A DNA stretch of 64,000 nucleotides from Tubulanus polymorphus (Eukaryota > Animalia > Nemertea). The stretch is taken from assembly GCF_964204645.1 (NCBI RefSeq), contig NC_134029.1:3906001-3970000 (forward strand). Direction: 5' to 3'. The translations under genes and the position numbers were made by a program. Positions 1-12,350 of this stretch are shown here, piece by piece. How positions within the stretch are numbered: the stretch's first letter is position 1; each line of letters begins with the position of its first letter. The notes below the pieces were generated by a model. The model did not search any database, was not told the DNA's origin, and saw only the letters and a program-made list of their open reading frames with translations.

Positions 1-2356
1 ATTTGACTGTTCAGCGAAAAACCACCTTCAAAAACACATAACGAGGTATAATACATGAGGATGTGTTGAAGGAATGAATCACAACATCTATGAAATGATC
101 GTATAATCGCGGCACGTATTTCTTGAAACCGAAGATCTTACTCCGCTAACTGCCGAGTTTTCATACTGACACAGAATTCGTTATGATAATATTTTTTATG
201 TTGCACGGAAGAAAGAGAGGAGGTTTGCACTGTACATGAGTTCCGCAGCGAGAACGATGATGGTGAGTTTGGAAGCATTTCGCACGAGATAAACGATCGA
301 AAAAGCGGACAACGTAATGTCGCGTACGGTAACATTGCTGACTATGGGAGATCATCATGAACAAAATAATGACGTTCGTTTTGAACGTGTTGATGTGTTT
401 ATCCCAAGCCGCTGCCCTTGGTTTAGCAATAGATAACAAGGGAACTTTGATGTGTTAGAAGAGATTAAATAACCGTTATAAAAAAGACACCGGGAAAGGA
501 GAAATTTCTTATACGATAGATAGATAGATGCTAATCATTATTGATTCCGTTTCACGTTCATCTTCCAATATTCTTTTACGCATGAACCACATTTCGAGGT
601 AACAACACTCGCTTCCCCAAGATTACTGGAGCTGATACTCACTAACACAAATCTCTGAAACAAATGATCTGAATACGTCAAATCATCTGCCTGGACACGT
701 TAAGTTAATCAACACGTCGGTGCAATAGTGTTGATTGTGTTAGAACGCTGCGGATGAACTCCTATTCTGAACTTTGATATTCGAAGCGAACGTTTTGATG
801 CAGAGTTTAGAATCATTCATTGATCGACTGTCTAAGATACCTGTAGCTTACCTATTGTAGATATGACGACATTTCGATATCAATATTCTCTTTACACAAA
901 CCAGATTCCTCCTGACACCGGGGTAACTTACGTTTGCCGTTTTTATGCGTATTGCATGGGTTGAACAAAATGATCAAAATCTATTATAATAGAATTAGTT
1001 TTTTAACCACTCTCCTTCTAAAGGCGATCGAAGGACTCCTGCATTCAAATCATTACACCACAGAGCTTTTGCGCGGCCTGTGTTTTTTGAAGTGGATGTT
1101 GATGCATTGGTCAGTACGCATAATCACTCAGATGCGGTGACTGGTCACCAAATTGTCTATTCATTAGCAATTACCCTTTCGTTCTCTCATTCAAACAGTT
1201 TATCATCATCTATCAAAAATGGTATTTGGGGGTCTGGGGGTGGGTCAGAACGGACGAAACCCCTCCGTGGTTATATGAGCCTGCAATCCATCCTTCACTT
1301 GGCCATATTTTCAAGAAATGAGGTGGATAATGATCTAGTTGCGAATCGATAGTCACGATATTCATCTCCAACCGTGGAAAACTGGACTTCAGAGACCTGG
1401 TCGAATCCTCGGTATGCACAGACTTATAGTATTTAGTATGAATTATAGTGACACAAACCTACACGCCTTAACTCGTCATATCGATCATTTATTGAATAGT
1501 TAACTCAGTGCCTTCAGGGCCAGTCATACCCAGACCAAGAAAGGCAGCATTCTGCAATATTAATTCCATTCCTGATTTGACAAATCTAGCTTCCAATTTC
1601 CTAGTGTCTGATTAGTTAGATATTTGAGACGATTGTCACTACAAATCTGATATCTCATTCAAAATTATGTTTCTGCGCGCTTCACGTCTGTGTATGTATG
1701 GCTTTCTTAATGGTGATCAATGATCGCGGATCAAAATGTGTTATCGATTGGTCATGAAACACATATATACAATTCGTATAGTAAACTATAACAAATATCT
1801 GCTTTAAAATGAATAAAACGTGCATAAAAGTTGTAGAAATGTATCTTCACGGTATTTAAGACAGGAATTGATATGAGTATTGAAAAGGCTCCCACCAGCC
1901 GTACGTTAGATGATGATAATATTGCAATTCTAGATTACGGTTTCTGTGTTTTATCCCTACGTTTTGTGTCTTTGTGCGCAATTTATTAACAACCCATGGT
2001 TTATAAAGACCATTCACGAAATATATCAAAATGACAGTTGTGAGATAAATTGGAGATAGTTGTGAACTCGTCCGGATTAGCGACTGTTACTAGGCGCACC
2101 TAGTGAGTTCTGAGAACGTGCAGTAACTAATGCTCGTAATAGCATTAAGGTACGTATATTGTAAGTTATAATACGCTCCCAGGTGGAATCGTTTCGACTT
2201 CGAATATTAACCGTATTAATCGCAAATGATGCACGATACACGGTGTAAGATCATTGTAATACGCTTAATGAAAATGCTGGACTGCTCCGTATATTTTCCC
2301 CAGATATATATAGTTGGCACGCGGCCACGCGCTTACTTATACATAACGCGACACGC

Positions 2357-2589
2357 GGTTTAGTTTGGTTTGGTTTGGTTTGGTTTGGTTTGGTTTGGTT
2401 TGGTTTGGTTTGGTTTGGTTTGGTTTGGTTTGGTTTGGTTTGGTTTGGTTTGGTTTGGTTTGGTTTGGTTTGGTTTGGTTTGGTTTGGTTTGGTTTGGTT
2501 TGGTTTGGTTTGGTTTGGTTTGGTTTGGTTTGGTTTGGTTTGGTTTGGTTTGGTTTGGTTTGGTTTGGTTTGGTTTGGTGTGGTTTGGT
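2357..2589. repeat. (TTTGG)n/(CCAAA)n pentanucleotide microsatellite, about 46 units
   Basis: Nearly perfect GGTTT array read directly; it explains the artefactual VWFGL and TKPNQ ORFs. Confidence 0.99.
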
Positions 2590-2699
2590 CAGAACACGAA
2601 GTGTAGATGGTTTTCAGCAACCACTAAAAAAAAAAATCGCAAAAATCTTTGTCAGTTTATGGTATTGACGATTAATCGTCCGCACCTGTTTTTCAATGA

Positions 2700-5015
2700 T
2701 TCATATTACTGTAAAACTTCGGATTCCATATTAGCTATATCGAGGTTTTTCATTTCCAATCGAACACACTGCGCGGGGTCTTTCAGTGTACCGATAAGTG
2801 CGGCCAACTTTCATATAATTCTCCTCATTCTTTCGAGCTATTCTCGGGTGCAATGACGTAGATCGACGAAATTCGTTCGCCGTAAATAAACTTTCTCGTC
2901 GATCCGCGAAGATTTTTCAATGGAAATTCCCAACGAGGTTCGCATAGTGGCATCCGCAATTCAGCGGGCAGCCACGTCACGAAATAACTCGCGCTGGAAC
3001 TCCCTGTGTTTATATTCAGTTGTTGACTTAACGATTGAAGAAGTTAACGGAGGTCTACCTAGGTTCATTTCTCTATATTCATCGTCAATATTTTGCGCGC
3101 GAATCGGTAATTTTCATGAAGATGATGAATCCCCGTGAGAATCGATACCAATTATCAATATTGAATAGAACGATTTACTCTATATTTGCCTACATCAGAT
3201 TTCTCGATTAAAGACGTATTTCATATGAATATTCTTTCGAAAGTTTGAAGTTTTCTGATTAACGACAATTCTTAATGGTCTGGATCTTTTTCTCAAGGCC
3301 TCTGGGGAAAGTAGAAATCTTAAAGGTAAATCTTTCTTTCCCTACACCCCGGCTCCTAGCATATACTATATCAAATTTCCGTCAATCTAAAAAGGTCAAT
3401 TTGACATATGAATATCTAAATGAAGGCGCTATTGTTTATGTTGTTGATGTAATCTCAGAAAATGCAGAAGCCTTTCGGCTTTCGACAACTTGAAATTGTA
3501 CGCGCTTTGAACGCTTCCCTGAAGTCCATCTTAAAATTGCGACACCATACACGATCCGATTTGCTTTGCTCTGCTCACCGAGAGAGGTTGCGTAACATAT
3601 TATTAGGTTTCTAAATAGGCGCAAATTTGCTGCTTCTGAAATTACAGTTATCGAATGGAAATCTGTCGGTCATATTGCCAATGTAATTCAATCAATGTCA
3701 CTACCTGAAAGTTAATCAATTTTCAACAAGCCGTTTATGTAACTCGGGACGATTCTTGTTTGCTCCAATTCGCGTCTGCTTTCAGAGACACCCGATTCGT
3801 CGTGAACTACATTACGCTGAATTTGCTCTTCAATATGTCACAAATTACTGTCTTTCGATTACCAAACCACCGAATTATTTGTTTATATTTCCTCTCTATC
3901 GTCGCCGTTCGTCCATCGACAGATGTTAGTTTTCCGAATGTTCTCATAAAATCCTACCGATTCTTAATCAATATGTCTGTAGATATACACGCACATAAAA
4001 ACGTTGTTGAACAAAAAGTAATCCGATCATCGCATCAAAAGTAATGCCTGACCTAAGATTATGTTACCGCGGAAAGAGGATCTTTCTTTCGAGTTTTTTG
4101 ATGTAAAATCCCTTGCAGTATCTCACGCGTTTGATGTCATGTTTCTTTGAGCTTTCAGACCCCTGGATGCATTTGCTTTTTGTATCGATACTTAAATATC
4201 AGTTTCGTGTTTCGAGGGTGCATCGATTTTTCAGCTGCCTGAGCCGAATATGCATCACCTTTTTCAAAGCGGATTTAATGTTACCCTGAGGTAGCAATAA
4301 AAGTCTTTTGCGCAAAATTGAAAAGTCAGAACAAGCTTTACCCGATTTATAAAGGTCGCGGAACAAGAATCGAGTTTGATTTTGGATTATTCAGGAATCT
4401 GAAACAACTGTTTTCAGGAGAATGTTTGGGCCATTAGGACAATTTTATGCGGAGCACATGTTACTTCATCGATAGTCGTTTTCTTTTAGGCAAAAATGAA
4501 GCTTCCCATATGTCAAGTTCTCTGTTCAATCTGAATCTAAACCCGCCTTGATCGTTCTAAGCAATTTACACATGATACGACTAGAGTGATATGTGTACGT
4601 ATATCATATTCATCAGGAAGCGTTCTCGATGAATAGAGAATGATGACTCTAGTTTAATCCACGGAGGGTGATTGTGATAAGTGTAAAATGAGTATATTAC
4701 AATACCGAGTCAGTGTTAACAGTGTGTGTATAGCGAATTTATATGAATATCCGCTGAGGCAGATGAGAAGGCAAACATCCAAGAAAAAGAAAGAAAATAG
4801 TATTTCATACTTACCGATGGTACAATAAGTGTGCCTACCGCCTCAACAAGTCCTCTTAAATCCAGTTTCCTTTCACCGAGCTGATCGTCAGAGCTGCAAG
4901 CTGAACCAGTTGATGTCGAGCTGATTTTACGTAATATTTCCACCTGTTCCGATGGCTTTGTTATTGTTCCCATTCGCCTCAGTTCTGCGCCACTACAGCT
5001 GAACGGACAGCTCAT
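2700..5015 (-). pseudogene. Decayed multi-exon gene of unknown family
   Basis: ATG at 5015 opens an exon (MSCPFSCSGAELRR...LIVPS) ending at a GTAAGT donor near 4814. Downstream protein-like frames (FRDLYKSGKACSDFSILRKRLLLL..., RAQNIDDEYREMNLGRPP...LDIANMESEVLQ) are broken by in-frame stops. Confidence 0.35.
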
Positions 5016-6607
5016 TTTTGCTTTGGAATTACAGAATTTTTTAAATTATTCTTGTTGCAAAAAGTCCGTCTTTTTCACGCAGTAAAACTTTGGGCAAAAC
5101 AGTTCGACATATTCAACTGAACAATATTGCGGTACCAATGAATATTGGCGGGCTTTTAGTTTGAACTTAAGGTAAATAAATCCCTGCTGCCGCCACCTGG
5201 CGCCGATTCAGATCGAACAGGTTGGTCACTTTTCTCGATGGCGTTATAGGTGCTCGCAGTTACATCTACCAATGATTAATAGAGCTGCTGAAAGCTCGCT
5301 GACGAGTGATGACTTCCATAATGTTACATAGATTGAGAGGGAGAGAAGCGCCACTATACGGTGCTGATCGCTCCTTATGATATCAAAGCAGAACGTAATA
5401 TTTGAATTTGTGATAATTTGATTTGCGAAGAACTTTCCTACCAAGAACTAGATGCGTTCTCATTTTTGTTACCAGTGTATGTACATATACCAGATCGAAT
5501 TCGTAGCAGCGGATAAATCTGTGGTGACCAGCTGATTCACACACGACACAATATGATGCAGAAGAGAAAATTAGTAGCTATGGTTTCGAGTTCGTTTGCA
5601 TCACGCAATAAAACACGCGACCAAACCAGAAATAAGCAAGCCTTAGTTCATATGAAGGTAACAGGCCTGGCTAGGCGTGTTTTTATTCCTCATATCAACC
5701 ACTACGAAGAAAAATAGTATGGACAGAGAAATTTACTTTCATAACACCTTCGTCCGCTACGAATATTCCAAAAGTATGAAAATGATCTCTAATTTACAAT
5801 CGAATGAAAATACAAGTTCTACCAAAAAATAGTAATGACGTCGAATTATGAATTATATCTAGGTTCTATCGAAGTCAAATTTCTGGGCAAAGTTTTTATC
5901 AAGGATGAAACTCGTATTGAATATTGAACTGAACTGAAATGAACTGTAGATAAAGAGTATTCAAACATAGAGCGACATCTAACAGATATAGCAAACTCCA
6001 GCAGTTATCTGTTATATATTCTATACCTGTTAAGTCCAACAAACACAAACTCTTTCAAGAATTAAGTGGGAATCCTCATTAGTCGCATATTGTCATTTCA
6101 TTCAGTACCCGCCCTAAATACAGCGTTTATCAACTCACGTGACTGCATGAATCGTAAAACCATCATTCTTTCGCATCGATATCAGTTTGTTTAAATAATG
6201 AGAATCGAACTGATCGCAACGTGATGTACCGCTCTCCCTCTATAGGGAACTACCGAGTTCCTGATTTGGGTAAATATCGAATAATTGGTTTCACGCGAAA
6301 TTAATTAATGAGGAATTGTATTTGTAAATCTTAGCGTTACATATTTAAATGCTGTTTGATATTCTGTCTGAAAACATCTCTGCTGAATATATCGTGGCAA
6401 ATGACTCTACTTTCTAACCGTAAGCATCGTTGTTGTCTGTTTCTGTCTTGAAATTGGCAAATTCTGTGTTTATGTTCTTTCTGAGATGATGATTTTTCTC
6501 AAATTATAATCCTATTACTAGAAAATTAATGTTTTAATATCAATATTACAAAGTTCGTCATTAGATGAAGAAGTCCCACAATAGAATTTCATGCGATGAA
6601 TTTCATT

Positions 6608-6653
6608 AACAACCAGATGATGGCTGTAAGCCAACAGCCGAAACGTCGTTGTT
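6608..6653 (+). ncRNA. Degenerate minimal type I hammerhead ribozyme motif (Penelope-like element type)
   Basis: AACAAC-CAGATGA-T-GGCTG-taagccaa-CAGCC-GAAAC-GTC-GTTGTT: stem I AACAAC/GTTGTT, stem II GGCTG/CAGCC, core CUGAUGA with U4>A, then GAAAC GUC. Confidence 0.55.
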
Positions 6654-7104
6654 CGGATTGAATTGATTCGATGAAATTCTACTTTGTTATGTATCTACGG
6701 TTAACGCGAAAAGCGTGTTTCAGTTCGTTATTACTTTCACACTGGTGGAAATACTGTTGGCTGGTACTGGTTAAAGTGTATTCTCTTAATTCACTAGTCT
6801 TGTTCACCTGATAAATTGCTACTATACATTTGTAGCGAAAGCTCGTATTTTTAATGAAATCAAGTAACCTTCAAAGTACTGATAATACTCGTCTTTACGT
6901 TTACTCTTACTTAAAGTCACGTACGCTCAGTGACTATTGGTTTTCAATCAAACGGCAGTAACTGTTTTTTTTTTTTTGTTAACCGTAATGAATATGATAA
7001 CGAGAAAGATGTAACGTTAAGAGTTTATAGTATTTGCGTTCATCCAAAGTTCATCATATTTATGAATTATACATTACTTTGACATCCCCTTTCTTGTATG
7101 CTAG

Positions 7105-7289
7105 GTTTTAACGACACGACAGAAAATCCGATGAATATCGGCGGTATGGATTCAATGACTATATACGTGGCAGCGGCTGCAGGGGGAGGTGGTTTTCTGC
7201 TCGGAGTCGTTCTAGTCAAAGTCATCGATCTAATCAGAACAAAAGTCAATGCCAGAAGAAAGTGTCCACGTGCAAATTCGAGCGACTGA
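7105..7289 (+). CDS. Putative terminal exon of a small single-pass membrane protein
   Basis: Pyrimidine-rich acceptor ...tgctag at 7104; the frame encodes a TM helix (IYVAAAAGGGGFLLGVVLVKVI) plus a basic stop-transfer tail; AATAAA near 7581. Upstream exons not resolved. Confidence 0.45.
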
Positions 7290-8390
7290 CTGAATATGAT
7301 GGAAAAGAAAGGATTTTAGTACTATTTGTATAATGGTAGATATATAGCTTTATATGTGAATGATTTGGATTATGAAATTCTAAGTATATCGAAACTTAAT
7401 CCTGAATATAAAGTGCACCGTCGCTTACAAGACGAACTTTCCACAAGGCGAATGTTTCCAGCACCAATCTGTCGATTCAAGAGTTGTATTCCATAATGCA
7501 AAACAATGTTTACACTTGATACTTAGACTCGGAAAGAACGATTTTCACTTTTTGTATTCTTTTGTTCTTTTCACTACGAAAATAAAGTGCACAACACTGA
7601 AGTTAAAATGTATTTTGTGGCTGTTTTCTTTAATGGCTGTGTACATACTGATTAAAAAGATTCGCTCCCGTGCACAAGATTAACATTGGCTGGAGGGTCT
7701 TAAGCTGCCCGCGGTGATCTGTTTTATTTCTTTTCCAAGCGGGATCTATTTACATAATACGAAACGGTACCTCTCTAACGCAGGAAAACGACTAATGCAC
7801 CCCGGTCGGTAGTTGTATTAATTAGGAAAACTACCGATAAACACCTGCAATTAATCGGCTAGTCAAATTCGCCGCGGGAATGGCGTGAGGGTTCTTTTCG
7901 ATTTATTTTCTGAAAAGGTCCGTATTTTGTTGCGTGAGATTTTTTGTTCACACGCTCAATTCACAGGCGTTTCATCGGACCGAGTGGTTGGTGACAGAGT
8001 GTCGAAATGTTTCGATGGCTTTTTGGGTGAATAAAATATCAGTTCGTTCTCGTATAGCGAATATCTGTAGGATTTCAAACTGAATTTCGTGTCATTACGT
8101 GATTGTCGGTGGTGAATTGAATCGAAACCAGATTTGAGTTAGTTTTGATTTGTAAACGTGTGATAAATTTTGCGCGTTTACAGACGTTTATTGCGGGTTT
8201 GCAGTTATCGTCGCTGTACATATTCAGCAAAGACATACGAGAAGATATGTTTGAATTTATATCGACGCAGAATGTATAAAACAAGATGGTATCTTAATAT
8301 CTTAGTATGTATCTGATTTCGACACCAGTCTCGAGATCCTATGAATATGAAGGTAATTTGTTTTCCATTCGTTTATAACAATTTTCCTCA

Positions 8391-8962
8391 GAAACACATC
8401 TATACTCGGCCGTGTGAGTGCAGCGTAGGAACCTAATCACTATTCAAAGACCAAGAAGACCGCCGTTGATCATCTGTGTGAAGCCCCGAAGAAAGTCCTG
8501 AGCAAGGAGAATGTCCGTCATTGCTTCTAAAGTTGTCGCAAGGTCATCGTCGACGAAATTCCGAACGTCACCGGATTCGACGACGAATCGAACGTCGTTC
8601 GAAATTCAAAGGCCGCGTTGTTGCGTCCAGGTCGCTCAAAACCGGGCATCGTGGTTGCGAAGACTCACCACGATCGCGCGCTGTAGCGAACATCAGCCGA
8701 TCATGAGTAGTGAACAAACGAGACAGATCACACTGAGATCGGAGGCGAGGATATTTCACGAGCAACGGTGTCCAGTTTACGGTAAAAATGGAAGTTTAAA
8801 AATATTTTGTTTACCGACGATTTTCAACGACACCGATCGATCGTCATTGGTAGTGCGTCGGGAATATGCTTCATTTCACAGGTGGAATTTAAACAGCGAC
8901 ATGAAATGCAAACTGTGGATGAAAAAACTGCCGAAGACCTTTTCAAGTATATCATTTATTGA
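8391..8962 (+). pseudogene. Possible decayed two-exon coding remnant
   Basis: GC/CpG-richer segment bounded by splice-like sites (cag at 8390, gtaaaa at 8782, cag at 8882). The spliced frame RRGYFTSNGVQFT|VEFKQRHEMQTVDEKTAEDLFKYIIY* has upstream stops. Confidence 0.25.
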
Positions 8963-9308
8963 CAAAACTACTGTTAGTGACTAACGCACGACGTACAAGA
9001 GTGAGAAAACCTCTGGATCTAGCAGATACGAAAACTGAATATCCCATTTAGCTTTATGTGTACACTTTAAAAATCAACATCACAGGAATAGTATTTGTGT
9101 TATAAGCTCACTCTTCAGTGCTTTGAGTGTTACATACATAAAGTTTTCTACTGTATTTTGCGTTAACCATTCAAAACGGCGGAAATAAAATGCTTCATTT
9201 TTAATAATCTCTCTTAAACCGTCTTTTGATTATCAGAAACAAAAAACGCTTTCAGTGTATCATCAAAAAAGAATGTGTCGTAAAATACATAATGTTGTGG
9301 TGAAATCT

Positions 9309-10070
9309 TTATTCCTTGTGTGTCTTTAAATCAAGTATATAGTCATGCCCAAAAACTGGAATGAATTGTCTTGGCACCTTAATTCTGGGGCCGGAATCCT
9401 GAAAACCACACTTTCTATAAAGACGGTGTGCTGCTACGCGTCCATTCCGAGCTGACCCATATAACTGTTCATAGCCTTTTTCTTTGCAATATGCAATAAC
9501 GTGTTCCAGTAATATTTTACCAAGTCCTTTCCTTTGAAATTCAGGATGGATGCAGTTCATGTTGAAGGTGGGTATAGGTTTGCATAGGAGCTCTTCAGAG
9601 CCGAAACTGGAAGGAATATCATCGCGAATAGAAACATGAACGCACCCTACCAGTTTACCAGAATCTTTCAGTTCCATCATGAAAATAACATCTTCGCTCG
9701 GACTCGAAGTGCGAATTTTGTCAGCGATCTTTGGAACTCTTTCAGCGACGCTCGTGGTGTAATCATACGCGTACGCCAGCCAATAGGCGTAGAATATCAG
9801 CGGAAATAAAACCACAGGAATTAAACCAACAAGAAATGAACGGCTGTATACCCAGACAATACAAACGCTAATTAATAGAACAACCTGCGCAATTGGTTCT
9901 TTCATTTTTTGGGCCACTTCTGCGTGGACTAAATTCCAATTAGCTTTCGTCACAATCGATGTAACACCTTTGATATCCGTCTTAGAATTTGGATCCAGAT
10001 GTCGAATCTTAATATCACCCATACCTGCCCGTTGAGCGGTCCTAGTGCCGAGAAGGTTGCGCCACATCAT
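9309..10070 (-). CDS. NAT8/Camello-like membrane-anchored GNAT N-acetyltransferase, copy 1 (intronless CDS)
   Basis: 253 aa ORF with hydrophobic hairpin insert, GNAT motif A IHPEFQRKGLGKILL and motif B AAHRLYRKCGF. Confidence 0.9.
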   Translation of the reverse strand: MMWRNLLGTRTAQRAGMGDIKIRHLDPNSKTDIKGVTSIVTKANWNLVHAEVAQKMKEPIAQVVLLISVCIVWVYSRSFLVGLIPVVLFPLIFYAYWLAYAYDYTTSVAERVPKIADKIRTSSPSEDVIFMMELKDSGKLVGCVHVSIRDDIPSSFGSEELLCKPIPTFNMNCIHPEFQRKGLGKILLEHVIAYCKEKGYEQLYGSARNGRVAAHRLYRKCGFQDSGPRIKVPRQFIPVFGHDYILDLKTHKE

Positions 10071-10461
10071 GTCAACACTTCATAGTGTAAAGAACAATAT
10101 GTATTCCAGCAAATGAACCGAGTGCTTCTAGTTTTGATATGCTACGATACCATGTATATGTAGTATGTTTTTTCGCTATACACCACAATCAATATCATAT
10201 AGGTCATCGGTGATTATTCACTGGGACACGTTTGCCCGGTATATAGAAAGCGCATTTTCACTTTCGAAAATCGAAATCGGAAGCGTAATATACAAACATT
10301 TACTATGCATGTGAGTATTTTCTATTCAAAACAGTGGATTTAAAAATCTTTGAAAAAAGCTGTTAAGAACGTTCTTCTCATGGCATAGAAAAATCCGCTT
10401 TAAAGATATGATATCAAACATAACTGCATCACGTGAAATATAGTATGTTGTGGTGAAATGT

Positions 10462-11223
10462 TTACTCCTTGTGTGTCTTTAAATCAAGTATGAAGTTATG
10501 TACGATAGCTGGAATATTTTTTCGTGGTATCTTAATTTTAGGGCCACAATCCTGAAAACCACACTTTCTATAAAGACGATGTGCTGCTACGCGTCCATTC
10601 CGAGATGTCCCATATAACTGTTCATAGCCTTTTTCTTTGCAATATTCAATAACGTGTTCCAGTAATATTTTACCAAGTCCTTTCCTTTGAAATTCAGGAT
10701 GGATGCAGTTCATATCGAAGGTGGGTATAGGTTTGCATAGGAGCTCTTGAGAACCATAAATGGATGGTGGAATATCATCGCGAATATAAACATGAACGCA
10801 TCCTATCAGTTTACCAGAATCTTTCAGTTCCATCATAAAAATAACATCTTCACTCGGACTCGAAGAGCGAATTTTTTCGGCGATCTGAGGAACTTTATCG
10901 ATGACATTCGTGGTGTAATTAAACGCGTACGCCAGCCAATAGGCGTAGAATATCAGCGGAAATAGAACCACAGGAATTAAACCAACTAAAAATGAACGGC
11001 TGTATACCCAGACAATACAAACACTGATTAATAGAACAACCTGCGCAATTGGTTCTTTCATTTTTTGGGCCACTTCTGCGTGAACTAAATTCCCATTGGC
11101 TTTCATTACAGTCGAAGTAACATCTTTGATATCTGTCTCAGAATTTGGATCCAGATGTCGAATATTAATATCACTCATACCTGCCCGTTGACTGGCCCTA
11201 GTGCCGAGAGGGTTGCGCCACAT
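10462..11223 (-). CDS. NAT8/Camello-like GNAT N-acetyltransferase, copy 2
   Basis: 253 aa paralogue of copy 1 with the same motifs; also shares an upstream block (caatatgta.tccagcaaatgaacc at ~10097 and ~11254). Confidence 0.9.
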   Translation of the reverse strand: MWRNPLGTRASQRAGMSDINIRHLDPNSETDIKDVTSTVMKANGNLVHAEVAQKMKEPIAQVVLLISVCIVWVYSRSFLVGLIPVVLFPLIFYAYWLAYAFNYTTNVIDKVPQIAEKIRSSSPSEDVIFMMELKDSGKLIGCVHVYIRDDIPPSIYGSQELLCKPIPTFDMNCIHPEFQRKGLGKILLEHVIEYCKEKGYEQLYGTSRNGRVAAHRLYRKCGFQDCGPKIKIPRKNIPAIVHNFILDLKTHKE

Positions 11224-11507
11224 TTTTATATCAACAATTCAACCGATAAAAACAATATGTAATCCAGCAAATGAACCAGGTGCTTAGGTTATATACGATG
11301 CTTTAACAACGCGGTTGCGGATCCTATTCTCGAAGAAGAATGGTCGACGTCGGAAATGCGGAACAGATCGAACTAGTAACGATGAAACATTTAGATTCAG
11401 GCAGAGCTACGCGTATTTTTATGATAAGCAACGCGCACCAACCGCACAACGATTTTAAATCGAAACAAGGAAAATGATAGAAAAACAAGGTGACGAGTAG
11501 TGACGAG

Positions 11508-11880
11508 TAGTTTACCAGAATCTTTCAGTTCCATCATGAAAATAATATCTTCACTCGGACTCGAAGAGCGAATTTTATCGCCGACCTGTGGAATTGTTTT
11601 AGTGACGCTCGTGGTGTAATCATACGCGTACGCCAGCCAATAGGCGTAGAATATCAGCGGAAATATAACCACAGGAATTAAACCAACTAAAAATGAACGG
11701 CTGTATACCCAGACAATGCAAACACTAATCAATAGCACAAACTGCTCAATTGGTTCTTTCATTTCTTGGGCCACTTGTGCGTGGATCAAACTCCAATTCG
11801 CATTCACCGCAATCGAAATCACGTCTTTGATATCAGTCGTAGAATTTGGATCCAGTTGTCGAATTCTAATATCATCCAGT
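11508..11880 (-). pseudogene. Truncated NAT8-like GNAT, copy 3
   Basis: Homologous from DDIRIRQLDPNS to MELKDSGKL, then homology stops abruptly. No in-frame ATG and no acetyl-CoA binding motif A. Confidence 0.8.
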
Positions 11881-12350
11881 CTAAGCTGTGGGTCGTTGTA
11901 TTTCTAGTGGAACGTTTGGCGTTATGTAATTTATGTATACATTTATCTGGCTTTTTTATTCTTTTTACGTAACAAAATAAACGTTAATGTATGTAGGTCG
12001 TTGAACTCAATTCAGAGACATATGGTACAATCCATTAATCGCTGTATGCACAGTAGGCCTATCTATTTACGAGACAGGTTTGAAAAAGAAACGACCGTTC
12101 ATTTTTTTCATTTCAGGATTCGAGTACGATCAGGGAACTTAGGGGTCTCCAGATCTTGAACTCTGCGTTGAGACTGCTCATATGATAGAAAAACATCCCT
12201 CGATTTCAAACCCTAACAAATATACGCTTTTTCACAAAATTCTTACTAACTTTGTATAATATTTTCAACATTTGTTATAGATGTATATTACTGAATACAA
12301 TATTACCACATGATTACATTGTTTATGTTCAATATTAGATATATGCCAAT

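Noticed and set aside
2360-2856. ORFs of VWFGL / TKPNQ repeats
   Set aside because: Translation of the TTTGG microsatellite.
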